Both the position numbers and the translations under genes were made by a program. A stretch of 32,000 bases of DNA from Paracoccus suum (lineage in GTDB: Bacteria > Pseudomonadota > Alphaproteobacteria > Rhodobacterales > Rhodobacteraceae), in assembly GCF_003324675.1 (NCBI RefSeq), contig NZ_CP030918.1, positions 3,060,001 to 3,092,000 of the forward strand. The letters run 5' to 3'. The notes beneath the pieces were generated by a model. That model ran no database searches. It was not told the DNA's origin and saw only the letters and a program-made list of their open reading frames with translations. Positions 1-6,868 of this stretch are shown in pieces; positions within the stretch are counted from its first letter, which is position 1, and every line of letters begins with the position of its first letter.

Positions 1-169
1 TCATCGGATAGACCATGGCCCAGATCAGCACCGCCACCACCAGATTGACGCTGGCCACTTCTGCTGCTGCCACGGCCTCGACGAGCCCGGGCGCCGTGGC
101 CCCGATTCCGATACCCAAGGCGATCGCAAGTGCAATCCAGAGGGTGAGATAACGTTCGAAGACACTCAT
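1..169 (-). CDS. acr3: ACR3-family arsenite efflux transporter, N-terminal 56 codons only; the gene runs off the left window edge
   Basis: Reverse-strand ATG at 169..167 overlaps the arsJ stop (ATGA). Translation [28 protein letters not shown]...[16 protein letters not shown] matches the conserved ACR3 N-terminus (FxRYLTLWI ... IW.M.YPMM). Last gene of the ars operon. Confidence 0.8.
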   Translation of the reverse strand, partial: MSVFERYLTLWIALAIALGIGIGATAPGLVEAVAAAEVASVNLVVAVLIWAMVYPM

Positions 170-1443
170 GCCAGGCTCTCCTGCGGGCGGTCCGGGCTGA
201 GGCGGCCGACAGCGAGCGCAGACGCCGCCACCATCGCCGCCGCCGTTCCCAGCATCAGCACCAGCCCGCCGATCTGATAGGTCAGGCCCGAAAGCAGCGT
301 GCCGAGGAGGCGCCCGCCCGCATTGGCCATGTAGTAGAAACCCACATCCATCGTCACCCGTTCGGCCTTGGTAAAGGCGAGGATCAGATAGGAATGCAGG
401 GATGAGTTCACCGCGAAGACCGCGCCGAAGACCAGCAGCCCCAGGACCAGCGTTGCCGTCAGCCATGGCTGCGGCCCGGGCGAGATCAGGGCGGCGGCGG
501 TCAACCCGGCCGGAATGGCGGCCAGCGACCACGCCCAGCCACGCGCCGCGTCGATCAAATCGCCGTCGGATCTTTGCGCCGCACGCAGGAGCCGGGGTGC
601 TGCCGCCTGCACCGCTCCATAAAGGATGGTCCAGACCGCCATGAAGCTACCGATCATGAAGAAGGCGGCCCGGTTGCCCTCGACGGTGCCGTCCGACAGC
701 ACAGCGTAGAAATAGATCGGAATGCCGACGACGAACCAAACGTCGCGTGCACCGAACAGAAATACCCGCGCTACCGACAGCCAGTTCACGTTCGCGGACT
801 TCGAAAAGACCTCGGAGAACTTCGTTCCTTTGCGTCCCTTGGGCAGTCCTTGCGGCATGGCGATCAGGACGGCTAGCAGAATGACCGCAAGCACCGCTGC
901 CATCGCAAGGACCGCCGGGACAAAGCCCAGCGTGGCGAGCAGCACCGCACCCAGCAGGAAGCCCAGCCCCTTCACCGCGTTCTTCGATCCGGTCAGCAGC
1001 GCGACCCAGCGGAAGAGCCCGCCATTTTCCCGTGGCGCCAGCAGCTTCACGGCAGATTTTGAGGACATCTTGGCCAGATCCTTTGCTACGCCGCTCCCGC
1101 CCTGCACGATCATGACATAGGCGACCGAGAACCCGATGGCCCAGCCGGGATCCAGTTGCGCCAGCGCCACCAGCGCGATGACCTGCAAGCCCAGTCCAGC
1201 ATAAAGGGTCGAGGTCAGCCCGAACCGAGCCGCGATCCATCCAGCCGACAGGTTCGTGACCATGCCCGCGATTTCGTAAAGGATGAACAGATAGGCCAGC
1301 TGCACCGGGCTGAACCCCAGCCTGTGGAAATGCAGCAGGACCAGCATCCGCAGGGCGCCGTCGGTCAGCATGAAGGCCCAATATGCGGCAGTGACTGCAA
1401 TATAGGCTGACAGGCCCTCCGGGCGCGGTCGGGCAACGGTCAC
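166..1443 (-). CDS. arsJ: ArsJ-type MFS transporter (organoarsenical / 1-arseno-3-phosphoglycerate efflux permease)
   Basis: 425-aa polytopic protein with an MFS-like N-terminus ([46 protein letters not shown]). Lies directly after a GAPDH gene with a GTGA start/stop overlap, the established gapdh-arsJ pairing. Start is GTG at 1443. Confidence 0.85.
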   Translation of the reverse strand: MTVARPRPEGLSAYIAVTAAYWAFMLTDGALRMLVLLHFHRLGFSPVQLAYLFILYEIAGMVTNLSAGWIAARFGLTSTLYAGLGLQVIALVALAQLDPGWAIGFSVAYVMIVQGGSGVAKDLAKMSSKSAVKLLAPRENGGLFRWVALLTGSKNAVKGLGFLLGAVLLATLGFVPAVLAMAAVLAVILLAVLIAMPQGLPKGRKGTKFSEVFSKSANVNWLSVARVFLFGARDVWFVVGIPIYFYAVLSDGTVEGNRAAFFMIGSFMAVWTILYGAVQAAAPRLLRAAQRSDGDLIDAARGWAWSLAAIPAGLTAAALISPGPQPWLTATLVLGLLVFGAVFAVNSSLHSYLILAFTKAERVTMDVGFYYMANAGGRLLGTLLSGLTYQIGGLVLMLGTAAAMVAASALAVGRLSPDRPQESLA

Positions 1444-2438
1444 AGCGAGGCCCCGACCATCAGCGCCACGTCCACCAGACGGTGCGCGTAGCCCATCTCG
1501 TTGTCGTACCAGGCGTAGATCTTCACCTGGGTGCCATTCACGACCATGGTCGAGGGCGCGTCAATGATGCCCGATCGTGTGTCGTTGGTGTAATCGGCGG
1601 AGACAAGCGGGCGCTCTTCATAGCCGAGGATGCCCTTGAGCGGACCTCTCGCGGCGGCCTTGAACAGTTCGTTGACCTCCTCCGGCGTCGTCGGTCGCTC
1701 CACCTCGAACACGCAATCGGTGATCGAGGCGTTCAGCAGGGGCACGCGGATGGCATGGCCGTTCAGTCTGCCCTTCAGTTCCGGATAGATCAGCGTGATC
1801 GCGGTGGCGCTCCCCGTGGTGGTCGGGATCAGCGAATTGAGCGCCGAACGCGCTCGTCGCAGATCCTTGGCGGGGCGGTCCACGATGGTCTGCGTATTGG
1901 TCACGTCATGGATCGTGGTGATCGATCCATGCCGGATGCCGATGGCTTCGTGGATCACCTTCACGACCGGGGCGAGGCAGTTGGTCGTGCAGCTTGCCGC
2001 CGTGATGATCCGGTGTTCGGCCGGATCGTAGATGTCGTGATTGACGCCATAGACGATGTTTGCCGCGCCACCGTCCTTGACCGGGGCCGAGACAACCACC
2101 TTCTTCACCCCCGCCTCGAAATACGGAGCCAATTTCGCTTCGGATTTGAAGACGCCGGTGCAGTCGATGACCACATCAACTCCCGCGAGCGGCAACTCGG
2201 ACAGGTCTTTCCTTCCGATGAAAGGCAGCCGCGTGCCGTCGATGGTGACGCTCTCCGCGTCGTGCGAGAACGCCGCATCCCACCGCCCATGCACGGTGTC
2301 GAACTCGAATAGATGCGCATGCATGGCTGGGTCGCCCACCGCGTCATTGATCCAGGCGATCTCCGCTTCGCGTTCAAGAAGCGGCTTGAGGGCAAGCTTT
2401 CCCATGCGGCCGAGGCCGTTCAGAGCATAGACGGTCAT
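1440..2438 (-). CDS. gap: Glyceraldehyde-3-phosphate dehydrogenase, ars-operon-associated copy
   Basis: 332 aa. N-terminal Rossmann motif NGLGRMGK and catalytic SCTTNCLAP motif. ATGA overlap with the upstream arsR-arsC gene and GTGA overlap with arsJ. Confidence 0.9.
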   Translation of the reverse strand: MTVYALNGLGRMGKLALKPLLEREAEIAWINDAVGDPAMHAHLFEFDTVHGRWDAAFSHDAESVTIDGTRLPFIGRKDLSELPLAGVDVVIDCTGVFKSEAKLAPYFEAGVKKVVVSAPVKDGGAANIVYGVNHDIYDPAEHRIITAASCTTNCLAPVVKVIHEAIGIRHGSITTIHDVTNTQTIVDRPAKDLRRARSALNSLIPTTTGSATAITLIYPELKGRLNGHAIRVPLLNASITDCVFEVERPTTPEEVNELFKAAARGPLKGILGYEERPLVSADYTNDTRSGIIDAPSTMVVNGTQVKIYAWYDNEMGYAHRLVDVALMVGASL

Positions 2439-3280
2439 GCGGGCGCTCCGGCATCCTTACGGCCGAGGTCGTCCACGGCCTTTTGCAGCGAGATGCGGTC
2501 CAGCGAGGCGACGGGCAGCGCCGAAAATGCCTTGATGCGGTTGTGCAGCGCCCCATAGGTCTGTTGGAACGCGAGGCTCTTTTCTGCGTGAGTACCTTCG
2601 GCCTTCACCGGATCGGGCATGCCCCAATGCGCGCTGACGGGCTGGCCGCTCCATGCCGGACACTCCTCGTTCGCGGCCTGATTGCAGACCGTAAAGACAA
2701 AATCGAACCTCGCTGCGGCCGGCCCTTGAAACTCACCCACATTCTTCGATCGCAGGACCGAGACATCGTGCCCCTTCTGCTCCAGCACCTCGAGGGCAAA
2801 CGGGTTCAGCTCCGAGTGGGGCCGGGTACCGGCGGAATATGCCTCGAACCGATCGCCTGCCTCCTTGCGGAGGATGGCTTCGGCGAAGATCGAGCGGGCG
2901 GAGTTTCCGGTGCAGATGAACAGCACCTTGTACTTGCGGTCGGACATGCCGGTGGTTCCTGATATCGTTGGCAGGGAGACGGGCGCGCAGAGATCGGGTC
3001 GACCGCGGCAGCAGTCGAGGATGAGATAGTCGAAGGTGCGGCGCACCTCGGCCATGGCGATGGAATAGCGGAGCGAGGTTCCCACCCGCTCCTGCGTCAC
3101 CAGCCCCGCCTGCATCAGCGCGGAGAGATAGGCCGACAGTGTCGACGCCTTGAGGTCCAGCGCATCGGCGATCTCACCCGCTGGCACCCTGTCCGGATAG
3201 CGCCGCATGAGCAGCCGGAAGAGGGCGAGACGCTGCGGGTGGCCCAAGGTCGACAGGCGGGAGGGAATCATTTCTTCCAT
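2435..3280 (-). CDS. ArsR-family HTH repressor fused to an LMW-PTP-type (thioredoxin-coupled) arsenate reductase ArsC
   Basis: N-terminal winged-helix region ([11 protein letters not shown]...[25 protein letters not shown]). Cys cluster [11 protein letters not shown] in the linker. C-terminal LMW phosphatase fold with the CTGNSARS P-loop and the second Cys pair [12 protein letters not shown]. An alternative start is possible at the second Met (3271). Confidence 0.85.
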   Translation of the reverse strand: MEEMIPSRLSTLGHPQRLALFRLLMRRYPDRVPAGEIADALDLKASTLSAYLSALMQAGLVTQERVGTSLRYSIAMAEVRRTFDYLILDCCRGRPDLCAPVSLPTISGTTGMSDRKYKVLFICTGNSARSIFAEAILRKEAGDRFEAYSAGTRPHSELNPFALEVLEQKGHDVSVLRSKNVGEFQGPAAARFDFVFTVCNQAANEECPAWSGQPVSAHWGMPDPVKAEGTHAEKSLAFQQTYGALHNRIKAFSALPVASLDRISLQKAVDDLGRKDAGAPA

Positions 3281-3300
3281 ATTTCGTGGATATCAGAAAT
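3281..3300 (-). promoter_or_regulatory. Candidate ArsR operator: inverted repeat ATTTC-N10-GAAAT abutting the arsRC start codon
   Basis: Sequence atttcgtggatatcagaaat. The outer 5-nt arms are reverse complements and there is an internal GATATC palindrome. Sits in the AT-richer 60-nt gap upstream of the ars operon. Confidence 0.25.
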
Positions 3301-3343
3301 AAAGGACACGACGCAATCCTCCTTCGGTGCTGTTGAAGGCTTC

Positions 3344-3412
3344 TCACCCGCGAGCCCGTGCCTGATCCCGCATGACGCTGTGGTCGGCAAGCATCTCGGC
3401 GATGGCCGACAC
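3344..3412 (-). pseudogene. Remnant of an Rz1-like o-spanin gene (3' end only)
   Basis: Minus-strand translation ...VSAIAEMLADHSVMRDQARARG* aligns with the C-terminus of the intact o-spanin at 13049..13312 (...SIIAEMLSDYAVMREQARACSLETS*). That is 13/17 identical residues in the core and roughly 70% nucleotide identity by eye. There is no upstream coding body; the 325-aa ORF containing it is otherwise Arg-rich junk. Confidence 0.5.
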
Positions 3413-3592
3413 TCCTGTTCGGCGGGGTGCCGCGCGAAGTTCCTGGCCGAGCCGGAGCGTCATCTCGATCCGGCGGTGACGGTGGCATCGGCCGAGCCGG
3501 CGCCCGAAGGAACGATCTGGAGATGGGCGGGCAGTTCCTCGGCCTGGACGGCTACATGAACCAGCTGCCGACCTTATCGGCGGTTCCCCCGT
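3412..3592 (+). pseudogene. Remnant of a copA-like P1B-ATPase 5' region (YHS-domain end plus first TM region), with an internal deletion and a frame break
   Basis: gccgcgcgaagttcctggccgagccgga is identical to copA 7152-7179. [34 protein letters not shown] parallels Cop[35 protein letters not shown]. It then jumps about 177 nt to EMGGQFLGLDGYMNQ (Cop[16 protein letters not shown]) in another frame. The ORF-track entries 3427.. and 7150.. share the same [10 protein letters not shown] start. Confidence 0.7.
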
Positions 3593-3636
3593 GCGGATAC
3601 GAATGCCAGTTGCCTGCGCCCGAGGGCGCCTCCCTC

Positions 3637-4077
3637 TCAGCGCGTTGCTGTGATCTTCTCCTGATAGCTCCGCTCGCGTTCCGGCCACGTGCTCTTGATG
3701 TAGGCGAGCACGGCCCGGACCTCGGCGTCGCTGAGGACATCGGCAAACCCGGGCATGTCGCTCTCGTATCCGCCTCCCACGATGGCGGCGGTGCCTTCCT
3801 TGACGATCCGGAACAGCATGTCGTCCGGATGATGCCATGTGTGGCCGGTGGCGTCGTGCGGGGGAGCCGGCAGGCGCCCGGAGGGCAGAGGCATTTGCCA
3901 GTCCGGCTGCCCTTCGAGCTCCGCGCCATGACATGCGGCGCACTGGGCCTCGTAAATACTGCGGCCCAGCGCCATCGTCTCGGCATTCTCGGCGTGCGCC
4001 CGCAACTCGACAAGGATCCAGGTGGCGATGAGCGCGGAGGCGGTGAGGCCGATGATGGTTGGTATCCGGAGCATCAT
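3637..4077 (-). CDS. Membrane-anchored mono-haem c-type cytochrome
   Basis: 146 aa. N-terminal hydrophobic anchor (IPTIIGLTASALIATWILV), CAACH haem-binding motif and a distal Met region (ESDMPGF). Confidence 0.8.
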   Translation of the reverse strand: MMLRIPTIIGLTASALIATWILVELRAHAENAETMALGRSIYEAQCAACHGAELEGQPDWQMPLPSGRLPAPPHDATGHTWHHPDDMLFRIVKEGTAAIVGGGYESDMPGFADVLSDAEVRAVLAYIKSTWPERERSYQEKITATR

Positions 4078-4232
4078 TTGGCATGCTGGGCGAGCCAGTC
4101 CTGCAGGAACACGATCCGCGCGCGCAGTTCGTCGCCGGTGACTTTGGCAAACTGGAGGCAGAAACGGTCTGAACGCATGTCGGCAGCACCATGATCAGCG
4201 GAACACTTCGCCCTCTCGGCCGTTCCCACAGG

Positions 4233-4652
4233 ATGCAACGGTGGACTCCCCGGACGAAAGCCGGATTCGTCTGGCAGAAGCTTGCGAGTGCACTGGCGCT
4301 TCTCGCAACTGCCATGCTCATCGCCCATGGAGCGGCGGCCGGAAGTCTGGTGCCCCACAGTCATGCCCACATCTCCGTCCACGCCGAATCTTCGCCGACC
4401 GCGACGAACGTGGCGGACCCCGTCCCGCATCACGCTCCTTCGATGGCTGTGGGGGAGGAGCCCAGCAATGACAACCATGACACGCTCGCCTGTTGCGGAG
4501 ATGCGTGCCTGGCAGCGCTGATCCCCGGCCGAACGCCTGATCTGAAAGAGCCGCGCAGGAACGATCAGAAGTTTGTGATGCCGGTCTCGCTGCTCAGCGG
4601 GCTTGCCCCGGATGGGCCGCGCCGTCCCCCGCGGGACGTCCATCTGATCTGA
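4233..4652 (+). CDS. Small His/Cys-rich protein with an N-terminal signal/anchor helix (paralog 1), unknown family
   Basis: Start chosen at the internal Met of ORF 4191..4652 (MQRWTPRTKAGFVWQKLASALALLATAMLIAHG). His-rich stretch HSHAHISVH..PHH, motif LACCGDACLAALIP and C-terminal PDGPRRPPR. Same architecture and motifs as 10100..10510. Assigned to the plus strand because of that paralog. Confidence 0.6.
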   Translation: MQRWTPRTKAGFVWQKLASALALLATAMLIAHGAAAGSLVPHSHAHISVHAESSPTATNVADPVPHHAPSMAVGEEPSNDNHDTLACCGDACLAALIPGRTPDLKEPRRNDQKFVMPVSLLSGLAPDGPRRPPRDVHLI

Positions 4653-4829
4653 TCGTTACCCATCGAGAGCGCGTGTCGCGCCTTGCTGCCTGGCGTCGCT
4701 CGCGCCGGAGGGATGAGAAGACGGTCTGAAGACGCCAGGAAAGTCTTTTCGTGTCATCGCTGGCTGCGAGTGCCGAGCGCCACGCTTGCTGCTTCTCTTC
4801 CCGGCGCTTTCCGAAGATGGAGAATACAA

Positions 4830-5162
4830 ATGCACCAGATGTCCCCTGAAATGCAGAGCTGCATCGACGAATGCCTGAGCTGCCACAGCACTTGCCTCAG
4901 CATGGCCATGAACCATTGTCTTGAGGCAGGTGGCCGGCATGTCGAGCCGGAGCACTTCCGGCTCATGATCGCCTGCGCCGAAATTTGCCAGACCGCGGCG
5001 AATTTCATGCTGATCGGCACCAGTCATCACAAGCATCTCTGCCGTGAGTGTGCCGAGATCTGTGAGGAATGCGCCCGGAGCTGCGAGCAGGTCGGCGACA
5101 TGCAGGAATGCGTGGATGCGTGCCGCCGGTGCGCCGAGAGCTGCCGGAAAATGGCGGCCTGA
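4830..5162 (+). CDS. Cys-rich four-helix-bundle copper-binding protein (DUF326 / Csp3-like)
   Basis: 110 aa with about 18 Cys in repeated CxxxC/CxxC helical motifs (CIDECLSCHSTC, CAEIC, CRECAEICEECARSC, CVDACRRCAESC). GGAG RBS 8 nt before the ATG at 4830. No signal peptide. Confidence 0.85.
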   Translation: MHQMSPEMQSCIDECLSCHSTCLSMAMNHCLEAGGRHVEPEHFRLMIACAEICQTAANFMLIGTSHHKHLCRECAEICEECARSCEQVGDMQECVDACRRCAESCRKMAA

Positions 5163-5199
5163 TCCCCACCGAAACCAGTTACATCAAAGGAGAACCCTT

Positions 5200-5697
5200 A
5201 TGCGCAAGTTTGAACTCGCCGCCGTCGTTGCTGCCCTTCTCGCCGCGCCCGCGGCTTTCGCTCAGGAGAGCGGGACAGGCGGGCAGGCTGGCCACATGGC
5301 GGGACAGGGAGGTCCCATGCCCGACCTGTCGATCCTGCCGCAGGGCTGCCAGGACGCCATCCAGCAGTCCGGGATGCCGGGGATGATGCAGGGCATGGAC
5401 ATGTCCGCCATGATGGGAGGCATGGAGGGCATGGATGAGGCCCAGCAAGCCTCCATGCAGGCCATGATGGAGATGAACGGTCCGATGATGGCCACCCACA
5501 CCATCGAGGATCCCGACCTCGCCTTCCACTGCGGGATGATCGCGCATCATGCGGGCGCCATCGCCATGGCAGAAGTCGAGCTGAAGTATGGCGACGATGA
5601 GGAGTCGAAAGCGATGGCTCAGAAGATCATCGACGCCCAAGGCCCGGAAATCGAGGAGATGACCGCCTGGGTCGAGGAGAACGCGGGCCAGCAGTAA
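5200..5697 (+). CDS. Periplasmic DUF305-family protein with a Met-rich insert (CopM-like candidate copper binder)
   Basis: AAGGAG RBS. Signal peptide MRKFELAAVVAALLAAPAAFA. Met-rich tract GMPGMMQGMDMSAMMGGMEGM. DUF305 hallmarks FHCGMIAHHAGAIAMA and IIDAQGPEIEEMTAW. Confidence 0.85.
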   Translation: MRKFELAAVVAALLAAPAAFAQESGTGGQAGHMAGQGGPMPDLSILPQGCQDAIQQSGMPGMMQGMDMSAMMGGMEGMDEAQQASMQAMMEMNGPMMATHTIEDPDLAFHCGMIAHHAGAIAMAEVELKYGDDEESKAMAQKIIDAQGPEIEEMTAWVEENAGQQ

Positions 5698-5704
5698 GGA
5701 CTCG

Positions 5705-5733
5705 GGCCGCCGGAGCTTGGAGCTGCGGCGGCC
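5705..5733 (+). terminator. GC-rich hairpin downstream of the DUF305 gene (possible terminator/attenuator, no U-tract)
   Basis: ggccgccggagct-tgg-agctgcggcggcc gives a 13-bp stem with one mismatch. Confidence 0.35.
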
Positions 5734-5781
5734 TCAACGACCGCGACGATGCATGATGCGCGGTCAGCAGGAGGCGAACCC

Positions 5782-6769
5782 ATGTCGATGTCTCACGGCA
5801 GCCATACGGGCCACCTGCCCGCGAGCGGTGATCGCAAAGCGCTTGTCATCTCCGGCTGGCTCACCGGCCTTTACTTCATCGTTGAACTCGGGATCGGCAT
5901 CTGGACGGGCTCAGTCGCCGTCATGTCGGATGCCTTCCACACCTTCTCGGCCGTCGGCGGCGTGCTCATCGCCTTGGTCGCCATGCGCCTGAGCGAGCGG
6001 AAGTCCAGCCCGGCGCGCACCTTCGGCTACATTCGCGCGGAGATCCTCGGCGCCCTCTTCAACGGCCTCTTTCTCGTCGGAATGGCCATTTTCGTGCTGT
6101 GGATGGGCGCGATGCGCCTCATGGAGCCGATCGAGTTGGCCACCACGCCGATGCTGATCGCGGCAGCGGGGGGCATCGCCACCGAGCTTGTCGCCCTCTG
6201 GCTCCTGTACGAGCGCCAGAAGGACAACCTGAACATGCGGGGCGCCTACTGGCACATCCTGCAGACGTTCGTCGGCAGCTTCCTCATCATCATCTCGGCC
6301 CTGGTGATCCGCTTTACCGGCTTCCTCGCCGTCGACCCGCTGCTCGGCATGGCCTTCGGACTGGTGCTGCTCTGGGCTTCCTTGGGGCATCCTGCGCGAG
6401 TCGCTGCACATCCTGCTGCAAGGCACGCCGGAGGACCTGGATCTCGAGGCTGTGATCGCGGCCATTCGGGAGCTGGAGGGCGTGACGGACGTGCATCACG
6501 TCCATGCCTGGAGCCTGACGTCCGGGCGCAACGTGTTCTCGAGCCACGTCTGCGTTCGAGACTGGCAGGATGGCGAGCGGGTGCTGAGGGAGGTGAACAA
6601 CCTCCTGCGCGACCGGTTCAAGGTCTACTTCTCGACCACGCAGATCGAGGAATACTGCCTTGCCGTTGAGGAGGGAGCTGCCGAGATCGATGTTACGCGG
6701 CCGAAGGCGAAGTCCCGGCAGGCCGTGCGGGCAAGACCGGAAGAAGGGAGCGCCCAGCATGAACACTGA
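5782..6769 (+). pseudogene. czcD: Cation diffusion facilitator (CzcD-like) transporter interrupted by a +1 frameshift near 6381-6384
   Basis: The N-terminal 200 aa (frame of 5749..6669) carry CDF TM motifs (SVAVMSDAFHTFSAV, GYIRAEILGALFNG, AYWHILQTFVGS). After GLVLLWAS the frame turns into Arg/Gly junk. The next frame reads WGILRESLHILLQGTPEDLDLEAVIAAIRELEGVTDVHHVHAWSL..., the canonical CDF C-terminal domain (ORF 6452..6769). AGGAGG RBS before the ATG at 5782. Confidence 0.8.
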
Positions 6770-6798
6770 CGCCGCGGCTTCCGCCTGGCGGCTTACTC

Positions 6799-6829
6799 TT
6801 GACCTTCCAACGACAGGAAGGTGCAGGAC
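6799..6829 (+). promoter_or_regulatory. CueR/MerR-type operator-promoter upstream of copA
   Basis: TTGACC (-35-like, 6799-6804) overlaps a perfect dyad ACCTTCC-N7-GGAAGGT (6802-6822). This mirrors the E. coli PcopA CueR box (CTTGACCTTCC...GGAAGGT). Located 40-70 nt before the copA ATG. Confidence 0.65.
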
Positions 6830-6868
6830 GAATGAGGACGATTCTCGGGCACTTCCCGGACGAGGTAC

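Noticed and set aside
3360-3412. Extending the copA remnant leftwards through the YHS start (PHDAVVGKHLGDGRHS vs [17 protein letters not shown])
   Set aside because: The plus-strand similarity here is weak. The minus-strand match to the spanin C-terminus over the same bases is much stronger, so I placed the junction near 3412.
3344-4321. 325-aa minus-strand ORF
   Set aside because: Only its last 20 or so codons resemble anything (the spanin C-terminus). The rest is antisense to the copA remnant or out of frame with the cytochrome c gene, and it is Arg-rich.
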